Source: an uncultured Pseudomonadota bacterium
Lineage (GTDB): Bacteria > Vulcanimicrobiota > Vulcanimicrobiia > Eremiobacterales > Eremiobacteraceae
Direction: 5' to 3'
Assembly: GCA_963736005.1 (NCBI GenBank)
Contig: CAVTNB010000003.1
Location: 64,001-128,000 of the forward strand
Length of the DNA: 64,000 nucleotides
Shown here: positions 1-9,983 of the stretch, one piece after another
How positions within the stretch are numbered: position 1 is the first letter of the stretch
How the letters are laid out: the number at the start of each line of letters is the position of its first letter
Notes under the pieces: model-generated
What the model saw: only the letters and a program-made list of their open reading frames with translations
The model's database searches: none
Told to the model about the DNA's origin: nothing
Program-made: the position numbers and the translations under genes

Positions 1-1023
1 TGGCTCGACTTCACCGACGATGGCCGCAGCTCCAACGGCTCCGTTGATTGGTTGCGCTGCTAGCGTCTCGTTTGCTGTCCTCACAGCACGTTGCGCATCC
101 TGCGGCGACACAACCAGACAGAATCCAACCCCCATATTCAGCGTGCGGTATGCTTCATCTAAGGAAAGCCGCGCTTCGCGTGCGACCAGCGCCACGACAG
201 GTGGCACCCGCCAGCTCGCCGCGTCGAAGCGAGCCGCCAGTTGATCGGGCAGCGCGCGCGCAACATTGTCGATCAAACCGCCCCCGGTGATATGGGCCAT
301 GCTCTTTATCGTGACGCCGGACTGTTGAACCGCGCGTACGACTTGCAAATAGCTCGGGTGTATGGCAAGGAGTGCATCGCCAATAGTTGTTGCGCCACCC
401 TTCGCAACTGGTTCGCTCCATCGTGCTTGCGCGAGCACTTTGCGCGCCAGCGAATAGCCGTTGGTATGGAGCCCATTGGCCGGCAAACCGACGATCGCAT
501 CTCCAGCGCTGACGCTGGCCAGATCCAGCATGTCGCGCCGCTCGAGCGCGCCGACGATCGTCCCCGCAAGATCGAAAAGCGGTGGAGTATAGACGCCCGG
601 CATCTCGGCCGTCTCGCCACCGAGGAGCGCCATGCCATTCTCTCGACACGCGTTTGCGATACCGCCCACGATTGCTTCCGCGGCGTCAGCGTCAAGTTTT
701 CCCATCGCAAGGTAATCCAAAAAAAACAAGGGCTGTGCGTTCGAGCAGAGCAGATCGTTGATGCAGTGATTAACGAGATCGGCTCCGATGCCCGAATAGC
801 GTCCAAGAGTTGCCGCAACGATGACCTTGGTACCGACGCCATCGGTGCTAGCCACCAGCACCGGCTGGCGAAACCCTTCCAGCGAAAAACTTCCGCTGAA
901 GCCACCGATGCCTCGGAGCACCCGCGGGTCGGCGTGCTGGTCGAGAATCGACTGATAACGCGCGACCGTTTGGTTTGCAGCGTCGATGTCGACGCCCGCA
1001 GCGCGGTAAGCATCCTCCTTCAT
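1..1023 (-). CDS. purM: Phosphoribosylformylglycinamidine cyclo-ligase (AIR synthetase), 3' end runs off the window
   Basis: Not in the ORF track. Manual translation from ATG at 1023 gives MKEDAYRAAGVDIDAAN...GIGGFSG...LVASTDGVGTK, the PurM signature; codons at the window edge read ...IVGEVEP. Confidence 0.93.
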   Translation of the reverse strand, partial: MKEDAYRAAGVDIDAANQTVARYQSILDQHADPRVLRGIGGFSGSFSLEGFRQPVLVASTDGVGTKVIVAATLGRYSGIGADLVNHCINDLLCSNAQPLFFLDYLAMGKLDADAAEAIVGGIANACRENGMALLGGETAEMPGVYTPPLFDLAGTIVGALERRDMLDLASVSAGDAIVGLPANGLHTNGYSLARKVLAQARWSEPVAKGGATTIGDALLAIHPSYLQVVRAVQQSGVTIKSMAHITGGGLIDNVARALPDQLAARFDAASWRVPPVVALVAREARLSLDEAYRTLNMGVGFCLVVSPQDAQRAVRTANETLAAQPINGAVGAAAIVGEVEP

Positions 1024-1155
1024 AATATATTGCGTCGTTTGTCGCTCGGGTTGGCCCTCCCTATGCACGTGCCAAGGTCGCTTTGTCGGCTTTGTATAAT
1101 TGATACCGTCACGTCGTTCATGGAGCATCGAACCTTTCGGTTCGGGAGATACCTA

Positions 1156-2707
1156 ATGAAGATTACCGTTCGCGCGGCACAGCCAAGCCGCGTAAAAGCA
1201 GATGCGCTGGCCGTTGCGCTCTTTGCCGATGGCAATCCGAGCGCCGGATTTAACGCCGCCGACAGCGCGACCGGAGGAGTGCTGGCTGACATGCGCAAGC
1301 GTGGCGAACTGCTCGGCCGCGACGGCGAGGTTCACGTTGTGCCCGCTGGCAAGCACCTTGGAGCAAAACGCGTGATTGTCGTAGGACTAGGGCCGCGCGC
1401 CACGTTTCACCCGGGTGCATTCGCGAAATACGCAGGACTTGCCGTCCGCGCGGCGGCGGCCCGCAAGCTCAGCAATCTTGCCATTACCATTCCGGAACCG
1501 ATTCCATTTAGCGCTGAGGCGGCAATTGAGAACGCAACCGAAGGCGCCATCATGGCAACATTCAACCCGGCGCCGTACCGCAGCAAACCTAATGGCAAGC
1601 CCGACGCAGTCAGCAATGTGACCCTTGTTGTCGAAACTGCGGCGGCCGCGAAAGCACTCGAGCGAGCTGTGCGCCCGGGCCTGGTTCTCGGCGAGGCCTC
1701 CAACATCGTCCGCGAGATGGTCAATCTTCCTTCCAACGACATGACTCCCACCCACTTGGCGCAGCGCGCGACTGCACTCGCCAAGAAACATGGGCTCAAG
1801 GTCAGCGTTCTGAATCGCGCCGAGATGAAACGACTCGGCATGGGATCGATGCTTTCCGTGGCGGCGGGCGCAGATCAACCGCCGAAGGTCATCGTGCTCG
1901 AGTATCGCGGAAACAAGAAATCAAAGACAGTTTTGGGTCTTGATCGGCAAGGGCATCACGTTCGATACGGGAGGCATTTCGCTCAAGCCCGCGCTCGACA
2001 TGGATGCGATGAAGGGAGACATGGCCGGTGGCGCAACCGTTATCGGCGCCATGGCGGCCATCGCGGAATTGCGTCCGAAGGTCAACGTCATCGGCATCGT
2101 AATGGCGACCGACAATATGCCGTCCAGCAAAGCAACCAAACCCGGCGACATCGTTCGCGCCATGAACGGAAAGTCGATCGAAATAACCAATACCGACGCC
2201 GAAGGGCGGCTCGTTCTGGCAGACGGCCTGTGCTACGCGCGCAAACTTGGGGCGACCCATCTCGTCGACGTCGCAACGCTCACCGGTGCTGCAGTGATCG
2301 CGCTTGGGAGCCAGTCGACCGCCGTGATGTCCAACGATCGTCAGTTTGTGGACCTCTTTCACGAGGCGACGGCACCCTACGGTGAGCGTTATTGGGAGCT
2401 GCCCCTGTTCCCGGAGTATGCGGATCTTATCAAGAGCGTCATCGCCGACATGAAGAATTCCGGCGGACGTCAAGCCGGCACGATCTACGGCGCGATGTTT
2501 CTGAAAGAGTTTGTCGGCTCAACGCCGTGGATTCATTTGGATATCGCGGGCACATCGTGGGCCGATAAGGATGCAGGCCACATCGTCAAGGGGCCAACGG
2601 CTGTCGCAGTTCGACCGCTGGTTCGCCTCGCCGAGCTGTTAGCTGAACGGGAAGTTCACGCAAAGGCAGACGAGGCCGCTCACCAGCGCCTCACCCCCCA
2701 AATGTAG
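1156..2707 (+). CDS. pepA: Leucyl aminopeptidase (M17) with an apparent +1 frameshift near 1936-1940
   Basis: N-half MKITVRAAQ...VNLPSNDMTP...SKTVLG lies in ORF 241..2385. The catalytic half (GKGITFDTGGISLK, MKGDMAGG, NTDAEGRLVLAD, WIHLDIAGT) lies in ORF 1940..2707. One extra base separates the frames. Confidence 0.9.
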
Positions 2708-2716
2708 CGTTTATTT

Positions 2717-2780
2717 GTAGGGGGCGATTGGTAAATCGCCCCGTCGCGGATGAGCGCGCGAATCAATTCGCGCGATTACA
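2717..2780. repeat. Two GTAG/GTAA-tailed palindromic repeats (families C and B) between convergent genes
   Basis: GTAG-GGGGCGATTGGTAAATCGCCCC at 2717-2742; CGCGCGAATCAATTCGCGCG-ATTAC at 2755-2779. Confidence 0.8.
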
Positions 2781-3347
2781 TCACCGCGTCAGTGTCAGCG
2801 TATGCTGCAGTTGGAACTTTGCTTCCCCGTTTTCGGGAATCGTGACGTCCGTCTTGCTGTTGAGCCCGTAGAGAACGCCGGCGCTCAGGCCAAGCGCACC
2901 CCCAACGTTGGTCCCCAGCCATTTGCCGAGGATGTTGCCCGCGATCATGCCCCCCAACGCTTCAAGCGCAACGGTTCCGACATTGTTTTTCTTATTCTCT
3001 TCGACGGAGATCAGATTGGCGTAAATAATGCTCGACGCTCCATTACTCAGGGCGATCTTGTCGATCATAAAACTCAACTCTGGTTTCGTGCCCTGACCAG
3101 CCTTGCGCGCATTCACAACTCTCGCGTATAACTTGGCGCTAGCGAACGCGGAGTCGCCATTCGGATACGGCGAGCGCACCGTAAACGAAAAAGTCTGACC
3201 CTGGTATGCGTTCTTCGAACTAATCGAATTGTTTGACGTTGCATAGATATAGGCGCCGGCGGGCACGGTGATTGTTCTAGCAAGGGCCGTTACCGGGGCG
3301 AGCAGGCACACGATCAGGACCCATGGTGCGAGATGCTTGATGTGCAT
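2781..3347 (-). CDS. Secreted hypothetical protein with beta-rich TrbI/VirB10-like body and glycine-zipper segment
   Basis: Signal peptide (..LLAPVTALA-R), LGGMIAGNILG/VGGALGLSAG glycine zipper, DVTIPENG C-terminal motif, GAGGAG RBS upstream. Confidence 0.6.
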   Translation of the reverse strand: MHIKHLAPWVLIVCLLAPVTALARTITVPAGAYIYATSNNSISSKNAYQGQTFSFTVRSPYPNGDSAFASAKLYARVVNARKAGQGTKPELSFMIDKIALSNGASSIIYANLISVEENKKNNVGTVALEALGGMIAGNILGKWLGTNVGGALGLSAGVLYGLNSKTDVTIPENGEAKFQLQHTLTLTR

Positions 3348-3363
3348 GGTTCTCCTCTTACGA

Positions 3364-3389
3364 GGGGCGACTTGACAGTCGCCCGCTAC
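3364..3389 (-). repeat. GTAG-tailed palindromic repeat (family C)
   Basis: GGGCGACTTGACAGTCGCCC-GCTAC; the same core occurs at 62283-62307. Confidence 0.8.
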
Positions 3390-3400
3390 GAATAAATTTG

Positions 3401-4861
3401 CTAGTGGGGGACGGCTTGCGGTTCGCGTACTTTCCCGGTCAGCTCTTCATGGATGCCCACAGGATAATGACCGGTGAAACAACCCATGCAAAAATCGCTC
3501 CTGGGACGACCCGTCGCTTCGACAAGAGCATCTTCGCTCAGGTAGCCGAGAGAGTCGGCATTGATCGCCTGTTGAATCTCGGGAACGGTGAAGTTGGCGG
3601 CAATCAACTGCTCGTACGTAGCGGTATCAACACCCAAGAAGCACGGGTGCCGCATGGGCGGACACGTCAAACGCACGTGCACCTCTGAAGCACCAGCGCG
3701 TCGGAGCATGGCAACCAACTGGCGTGTGGTCGTGCCGCGGACAATTGAATCATCGACGAGCACGATCCGCTTGCCCCGAAGATTGGCCACCAGCGGATTG
3801 AATTTGAGCTTGACCCCCTGCGCACGCATGCTCTGATCCGGCGCAATGAACGTCCGCCCAATGTAACGGTTCTTCATGAGGCCTTCGATATATGGCAATC
3901 CGGATTCGTCAGCATACCCGATGGCGGCTGCCGTGGCGCTGTCCGGAACGCCGATGACGACATCGGCGGCAACGGGGCACTCGCGCGCAATGGCGCGGCC
4001 CATCCGGTAGCGGGCGAGATAGAGCTCCTGACCAGCATACATCGTGTCGGGCCGAGAGAAATAGATATATTCAAAGATGCAATTGGCAGGTTTGTACTCT
4101 GTCTCAACCTTCCGCGAGCGCATACCGCGCTCGTCGACAATGATGATTTCCCCGGGCTCGACCTCGCGCACAAACTCCGCACCCACGGTGTTGAGCGCGC
4201 ATGATTCAGACGCGATCATCCAACCCTCGCCGTAACGGCCGACGCACAGTGGCCGGACGCCCCACGGATCGCGGAATCCGAACAACTGCTGTTCGGTTGC
4301 CAAGACAATGGAAAAGGCCCCGATGCACCGCCGCATGATGGCTGCGATTCGCTCTTCCATGTCGCCGTGGTCCATTGCAGCGATCAGCTTCGCGAGAACA
4401 TCCGAGTCAGAGTCTGCTGCCTCGGAGATTTCTGGCGCGAGCTGGCGGCGAAGCGCTTCAGTGTTGACGAGATTCCCGTTGTGGGCAAGCGCAAAGGCCC
4501 CGAGGGCGCTTGTCGCAAGCAAAGGCTGCGCGTTGTACACGACGGACGAGCCGGTCGTAGAATAGCGGGTATGGCCAACTGACAAGTACCCGGGCAGGCC
4601 CGCCAGAATTTCTTCGGTGAAAATCTGCGACAAGAGACCCATCTGTTTGTGGACGCGCAAGTCCCTGCCATCGGATACAGCAATGCCGGCGCTTTCCTGA
4701 CCGCGGTGCTGGAGAGCGTACAATGCGAAGTAGGTTGGGCGAGCGACATCCTCGCCCGGCGCAAAGATGCCACACACGCCGCACGCGTCGTGTACGGCGT
4801 CCTCACTGCCGCTTGGCTTTGGGATGTATGGTTGGTGCACGTCCCGCTCGAGCTCTCCCAT
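3401..4861 (-). CDS. purF: Amidophosphoribosyltransferase
   Basis: DACGVCG N-terminal Cys, LQHRGQES, HTRYST, HNGNL, VLVDDSIVRGTT, Fe-S Cys motif CMGCF. Confidence 0.97.
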   Translation of the reverse strand: MGELERDVHQPYIPKPSGSEDAVHDACGVCGIFAPGEDVARPTYFALYALQHRGQESAGIAVSDGRDLRVHKQMGLLSQIFTEEILAGLPGYLSVGHTRYSTTGSSVVYNAQPLLATSALGAFALAHNGNLVNTEALRRQLAPEISEAADSDSDVLAKLIAAMDHGDMEERIAAIMRRCIGAFSIVLATEQQLFGFRDPWGVRPLCVGRYGEGWMIASESCALNTVGAEFVREVEPGEIIIVDERGMRSRKVETEYKPANCIFEYIYFSRPDTMYAGQELYLARYRMGRAIARECPVAADVVIGVPDSATAAAIGYADESGLPYIEGLMKNRYIGRTFIAPDQSMRAQGVKLKFNPLVANLRGKRIVLVDDSIVRGTTTRQLVAMLRRAGASEVHVRLTCPPMRHPCFLGVDTATYEQLIAANFTVPEIQQAINADSLGYLSEDALVEATGRPRSDFCMGCFTGHYPVGIHEELTGKVREPQAVPH

Positions 4862-4892
4862 ACTTTTACCTTACTTGAAAGTCCTCAAACTG

Positions 4893-6185
4893 TCAACGAA
4901 CCGCCGCCGCCGCGTGTTCGCCGATGTCGCAACGGTAGCGAAGCGAGAGGCCGGGCGGCAAACCGGTGATGTACCGCTCGACGCTTGCGTAGGCTCGCTT
5001 GCGAGCGTCGGCCATCTCATCGCCGAGCGCGCAAACGGTGAGGACACGGCCTCCGGATGCGTTGACCGATCTTGCGATCAGTGTCGAACCACCCCAAAAA
5101 GCCACGACATCGTCCGTCGGAGGCTCAAAGGGCGGCAACCCGTCCACCGGGTCGGATCGCTGTGGATAGTTCTGTGAGCAAAGCACGACCCCCACGCAGG
5201 CGCGCGACGAGAATTTCGGGGGCTCGCAGTCCGTCAAGCTCCCATTCGCTGCCGCACGCAGCAGGTCGGAGAAATTACCCTCGAGGCGCGGGAGGACAAC
5301 CTCGGTTTCCGGGTCGCCAAACCGTGCGTTGAACTCAAGCAGCATGGGCCCGCGCTGCGTCATCATCAATCCGGCGTAGAGGCAACCGCGGTAGTCGATG
5401 CCTTCGCTTTTGAGGCCAAGGAGCGTGGGCTCCAAGACCCTTTGGCGCACGAGTTCGAGCTTGGCTGGGTCGAGTACGTCGTCAGCGGGCGAGTACGCCC
5501 CCATGCCGCCTGTATTGGGTCCACTGTCGCCATCGTTGGCGCGCTTGTAGTCGCACGCACCGGCAAGCACGTAATACTGCTGGCCGTCCAGTACCGCCAT
5601 AACGGAGACTTCGCGACCTTCCAGCAGCTCTTCGATGACGATCGTCGTGCCGCCACCGGGAAGCTTGCGTTCGCCGTACCACCGAGCCAACACAACGCGG
5701 GCATCGTCCGCATTCGCGCAGACAACGACTCCCTTTCCAGCAGCGAGACCGTCTGCTTTCAACACAACGCCCTTTGGAAAATGTGCTAGCGCTCGTTCCG
5801 CTTGCTTGAGGTCGTGTGCTTCGCGGTGCCGCGCCGTGGGTACGCCGTGACGATCCATGAACTGCTTCGCATATGCCTTGCTCGTTTCAAGACGCGCGCC
5901 GGCGCTGTTTGGGCCAAAAACCGAAATGCCAGCTCCACGGAGCGCATCTCCAACTCCCGCGGCGAGTGCCGCCTCGGGACCGATGACTGCAAGATCGATC
6001 TGCTCGCGCAGCGCGCGTTCGACCAGCTCGAGCCTCGAGGTGGCCGCAATTGGCCAATTCGTGCCGAGCAGGGCGGTGCCGGCATTCCCGGGCGCTGCGA
6101 AAATCTGGTCGATGCTCTTTGATGCGGCGAGCTTCCAGACGAGCGCATGCTCTCTCGCTCCAGAGCCAACAACGAGCGCCTTCAT
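4893..6185 (-). CDS. purD: Phosphoribosylamine-glycine ligase
   Basis: VGSGAREHAL, APGNAG, KADGLAAGKGV, GPNTGGMGAYSP, EFNARFGDPE; ATGA overlap with the guaA stop. Confidence 0.97.
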   Translation of the reverse strand: MKALVVGSGAREHALVWKLAASKSIDQIFAAPGNAGTALLGTNWPIAATSRLELVERALREQIDLAVIGPEAALAAGVGDALRGAGISVFGPNSAGARLETSKAYAKQFMDRHGVPTARHREAHDLKQAERALAHFPKGVVLKADGLAAGKGVVVCANADDARVVLARWYGERKLPGGGTTIVIEELLEGREVSVMAVLDGQQYYVLAGACDYKRANDGDSGPNTGGMGAYSPADDVLDPAKLELVRQRVLEPTLLGLKSEGIDYRGCLYAGLMMTQRGPMLLEFNARFGDPETEVVLPRLEGNFSDLLRAAANGSLTDCEPPKFSSRACVGVVLCSQNYPQRSDPVDGLPPFEPPTDDVVAFWGGSTLIARSVNASGGRVLTVCALGDEMADARKRAYASVERYITGLPPGLSLRYRCDIGEHAAAAVR

Positions 6186-7732
6186 TCCCATTCGATGGTT
6201 GCGGGCGGCTTGCTCGTAATGTCGTACACCACTCGGTTGATTTCGGGAATCTCGTTGACGATGCGCGTCGAAATTTTCGCCAGCACCTCGGGGGCGAGGC
6301 GCGACCAGTCCGCGGTCATCCCGTCATCGCTTGCCACGGCGCGTATGGCGACCATGTTGCCGTAGGTCCGAAAATCACCCATGACTCCGACGCTGCGCAG
6401 CGGCGTGAGGACGGCGAAATATTGCCAAGGCTGCTCGGGTCCCCCGCGCTCGATTTCTTCGCGCGCGATGGCGTCGGCTCGTCGCAGCACGGATAGTCTC
6501 TGTTCGTCGACAGCCCCGAGAATGCGCACGGCCAGTCCAGGACCGGGAAACGGCTGTCTCTTCACGACGTGGTTGGGCAAACCAAGCTCGAGCCCCAGGC
6601 GGCGAACTTCATCCTTAAAGAGGAGCCGTAATGGTTCGATCAGCTTCAAGTTCATGATGTCCGGCAGTCCGCCCACGTTGTGATGCGTTTTTATCTTCGC
6701 CCCTCCTTTACTGAGCGGCGTCTTACTCTCGATCACATCTGGGTACAACGTGCCTTGCACTAAAAAGTCAACGCCTGGAATTTGCTTTGCCTGCTCTTCG
6801 AAGACCGCAATGAATTCGCGCCCGATGATGACCCGCTTCTCTTCTGGATCTTCAATGCCGGTGAGCTTATCGAGAAACCGTTGACTCGCATCGACGGCGA
6901 TCAAGTTGAGGTGCAACACGCCGCGGAATGCCGAAATAACTTGCTCGGCTTCTCCCTGTCGCAGGAGGCCGTGGTCCACGAAGATGCAGGTGAGCCGATC
7001 GCCGATCGCCCGTGCTACAAGCGTTGCCGCAACGGCGCTGTCGACCCCTCCGGAAAGGGCGCAGATCGCTCTTGCGGTGCCAAGCTGCGCGCGGATCTCT
7101 TCCACCGCAGCGTCGACGAAGGATGTCATCTCCCACTGCTGGTGCAAACCGGCGATCTTGCGCAGGAAATTTCGCAAGATTGTGCGCCCGTGTTCCGTGT
7201 GCTGCACTTCGGGGTGGAATTGCACGCCGTAGCGCTGCGTCTCGGGATCCCCGAACGCCGCCAGTGCACACGTCGGCGTGTGGGCAAGCTTGATGAAGCC
7301 CTTCGGCATTTCTGTGACCGTGTCGCCGTGGCTCATCCACACGAGAAACTGACTGGGCACGTCTAAGAACAGCAACGATTGGGCGGCATCCACCGTGAGC
7401 TCCGCGCGTCCATACTCCCGGATCGCTCCTGGTACGACTTGCCCCTTGCATGCGTAGGCGAGCTCCTGCATGCCGTAGCAAATGCCAAGAATGGGCTTGT
7501 CCGACTCCAAGATCTGCGGATGGATGTGCGGCGCACCCGACTCCAGGACGCTTTGGGGCCCACCCGTCAGGATGAAGGCGGACGGTTTGCTCCTCGCGAT
7601 TTCATTCCAGGGCGTGTCGTAAGAAAAGATTTCGCAGTAGACGCGCTCCTCGCGAACGCGACGGGCGATGAGTTGCGCGTATTGCGCCCCAAAATCGATG
7701 ATGGCAACCATCTCTGACGGTTGGTTTTTCAC
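6182..7732 (-). CDS. guaA: GMP synthase (glutamine-hydrolysing)
   Basis: IDFGAQY, GICYGMQ, QFHPEV, SGGVDS, IKTHHNVGGLP, YDITSKPPATIEWE. Confidence 0.98.
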   Translation of the reverse strand: MKNQPSEMVAIIDFGAQYAQLIARRVREERVYCEIFSYDTPWNEIARSKPSAFILTGGPQSVLESGAPHIHPQILESDKPILGICYGMQELAYACKGQVVPGAIREYGRAELTVDAAQSLLFLDVPSQFLVWMSHGDTVTEMPKGFIKLAHTPTCALAAFGDPETQRYGVQFHPEVQHTEHGRTILRNFLRKIAGLHQQWEMTSFVDAAVEEIRAQLGTARAICALSGGVDSAVAATLVARAIGDRLTCIFVDHGLLRQGEAEQVISAFRGVLHLNLIAVDASQRFLDKLTGIEDPEEKRVIIGREFIAVFEEQAKQIPGVDFLVQGTLYPDVIESKTPLSKGGAKIKTHHNVGGLPDIMNLKLIEPLRLLFKDEVRRLGLELGLPNHVVKRQPFPGPGLAVRILGAVDEQRLSVLRRADAIAREEIERGGPEQPWQYFAVLTPLRSVGVMGDFRTYGNMVAIRAVASDDGMTADWSRLAPEVLAKISTRIVNEIPEINRVVYDITSKPPATIEWE

Positions 7733-8868
7733 GTACAGACCTCCGCGAGCCGCCCACGATCGCGGGCCATGACGACCTCCTTTGCGATGCGTTCGCCAAC
7801 CGACATTTCCTTACCCCAACGATACGCCGAATACGGCGTGTACTTCGTTCCCGGCGATCCGGGAATGCGTAAGCTAACATCGTAGACGACGAACGACTTC
7901 GGCGGCCCGGGCGCGATGACGCACTGCAGCGCAAAAGGACCGATAATTCCTGGTGGGCTTTGGGAGCGCGCTGCCTTCACAAATCGCTCTCCCATGTCAA
8001 AGGCCTGTTCAAGCATCGATTCCGTGATCGTTGCCGCGATGTGGCCGGCCTCTTCCATCGATGCGGCAAAGGCCGCTCCCAGCGGCGCTTGATCGATCGC
8101 CAGCAGCGAGCGGATTCCGTCGATATTGGTTTGGCGCCGCGTGTCAGTTCCCAAGAGTTCGAGCTCCCCCAACACCGGCGACCAAAAGAAATTGAGGTTG
8201 ACCGTCGGACCCAAGACGTATTCCTCAAAGACGGCCTCGGCCAGTCCTTCTTGTGTGACGATGCCTGAAGCAAGATAGTGCGCTGCACGCTTTCGATACT
8301 GCTCGGGATTCGCGGCCAGAAAGAATGCGCGCTCATACTTTACCTTGGCATGCTGCGCCTTGATGAGGGTGAGACCGTCGATATCGTCTGGTCCTACGAG
8401 CCGCCGCGGATAGCGAATCCCTGCTGCGTCGAGCAGCTTGTACTGATTGTTCGCTTCGTCGCGCTCCTCGGCACGCAGCAAGCGACGCGATCCGAACATG
8501 GGGACCAGCATGGCCCGCTCGATCTCGTCATAGGAGTGCCGCTCTCGCGCGTACACTTCAAACGCACGATTCGGCACAAAAATCGCGTTGCGCTCGAGCA
8601 TGGCACGCTGACTCTCGTTGTTGATGACGTCCGCGAAGTGATCGACCATGATCACTTCATCGACGCATCCGGTGCCGTCCTCGCGGGTGCGATAAGCGAC
8701 TGTGTAGGTCTTCTCGCGGCGAGGCGCCGCAAACACGAGCGTGCGCAGGCCTTCGCGCTTGGCGCCCAAGCAGACGTCCAGCGCTGAATGACTCCCGATG
8801 CACGTCAGGGTGAGGCGGCGAGTATCGTACGAAGCGAGGGCGGCGCTGGGAGACGTCGCCTCGCCCAT
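7729..8868 (-). CDS. purP: PurP-like ATP-grasp protein (DUF1246/DUF1297; FAICAR synthetase family, second paralogue type)
   Basis: IGSHSALDV, FVPNRAF, FGSRRLLRAEER, ERAFFLA, DTRRQTNIDG, PPGIIGPFALQ, DVSLRIPGSPG, GERIAKE. Confidence 0.85.
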   Translation of the reverse strand: MGEATSPSAALASYDTRRLTLTCIGSHSALDVCLGAKREGLRTLVFAAPRREKTYTVAYRTREDGTGCVDEVIMVDHFADVINNESQRAMLERNAIFVPNRAFEVYARERHSYDEIERAMLVPMFGSRRLLRAEERDEANNQYKLLDAAGIRYPRRLVGPDDIDGLTLIKAQHAKVKYERAFFLAANPEQYRKRAAHYLASGIVTQEGLAEAVFEEYVLGPTVNLNFFWSPVLGELELLGTDTRRQTNIDGIRSLLAIDQAPLGAAFAASMEEAGHIAATITESMLEQAFDMGERFVKAARSQSPPGIIGPFALQCVIAPGPPKSFVVYDVSLRIPGSPGTKYTPYSAYRWGKEMSVGERIAKEVVMARDRGRLAEVCT

Positions 8869-9983
8869 CAGTTTGCGGGAACCCCGGGGCCAGGTACGGC
8901 GACCGACTCTCCGTTGTGCGCCGAGGATACGTCAAAGGACAATCGGCTCGCCCGGTCGAGGACGAGCTCGAGACTGTTCGAGAGCAGCGCGTTCTTGATC
9001 TCGCGTGCGATGCGCCGCCCGGTTGACATCGGTTCGTCATAGTTGAGATACGAATAGGGAGAGCCGTCAATGAAAAGGTTGGTGCCCGCAACGATGCGCG
9101 CGGAGATCTCCATAAGGAAGAATTCGGACTCCGACGTCACGATGGTCTCCAGGCAAAACGCGCCAAACAAACCGCGATCTGGACAGATCTCACGGCTCAC
9201 GCGCACGACGGCCTCGCCCATGTCGAATGCTTCCGCGAGGAGCGACTCCCGCAAGCTAATGGGTTGGTTGCCGATGACGACATAGGATGGCGAGATATCC
9301 CAGCCTTCCTGATCCGCGAGCGGAATGCGCCCCAGTGAATCTACGTTGCTTTCGTAACGGCGATCCATCGACATGATTTCGAGTTTGCCGGTCAGCGGCG
9401 AATAAAAGTAATGAATGTAGACGGGAACGCCGAGCACGTATTCTTGCATGATGTAGCGCTGCTCGACCAGGTGGGAGGCGCGCGCCGTAAAGTCCTCGGG
9501 GTTTTTGACAAAAAGATATCCCTTGCCGCCGTGCGCCCCATACAGTTTGACGATAACTGGGCGGTCGATCTCGCTCGCTTTCGTAAACTGCCGCGGCATC
9601 TTGAGGCCCGCCTTGGTGAGCCATTGGCGTTGGCGCATGCGATCGGCTTCCCAATCAAGCACCGCCTTGTTGCCGAAGTAGGGTGTCGTCATCCGCTTGT
9701 GCTCTTCCATTGAGAGATACGCCACGAAAGAGCCATGGGGGACGAGAATGACTTTGCGGCGATTGAGTTCTTGCTCGAGCTTGGGAAAATCGCCGTACCG
9801 GGGAATCACGATAACCTCGTCAACGAACGCGAAGCTTGAATACAACCGTTCGTTGAGTGGCGTCACCACGGCAAGCGTATGAAAGCCTTCGTCCTTGGCG
9901 CCCTTGAGGATTTGCAGCGCCGAGTGGCTGCCCAAGGTGGCGACAGTGAAGAGCGACGGCGGGTGCGTCGACTTGCGCTTCAT
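8868..9983 (-). CDS. purP: 5-formaminoimidazole-4-carboxamide ribonucleotide (FAICAR) synthetase, archaeal PurP type
   Basis: VATLGSHSALQILKGAKDEGF, VPHGSFVAY, GGKGY, MDRRYESNVD, LRESLL, EISARIVAGTN, GSPYS, MSTGRRIAREI. Start set at ATG 9983, which overlaps the upstream stop (ATGA). Confidence 0.92.
   Translation of the reverse strand: MKRKSTHPPSLFTVATLGSHSALQILKGAKDEGFHTLAVVTPLNERLYSSFAFVDEVIVIPRYGDFPKLEQELNRRKVILVPHGSFVAYLSMEEHKRMTTPYFGNKAVLDWEADRMRQRQWLTKAGLKMPRQFTKASEIDRPVIVKLYGAHGGKGYLFVKNPEDFTARASHLVEQRYIMQEYVLGVPVYIHYFYSPLTGKLEIMSMDRRYESNVDSLGRIPLADQEGWDISPSYVVIGNQPISLRESLLAEAFDMGEAVVRVSREICPDRGLFGAFCLETIVTSESEFFLMEISARIVAGTNLFIDGSPYSYLNYDEPMSTGRRIAREIKNALLSNSLELVLDRASRLSFDVSSAHNGESVAVPGPGVPAN

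Noticed and set aside
241..2385. 714-aa ORF as a single protein
   Set aside because: Its first ~300 aa are the antisense shadow of purM and its last ~150 aa are the out-of-frame tail of pepA. Only 1156-1938 is genuine coding sequence.
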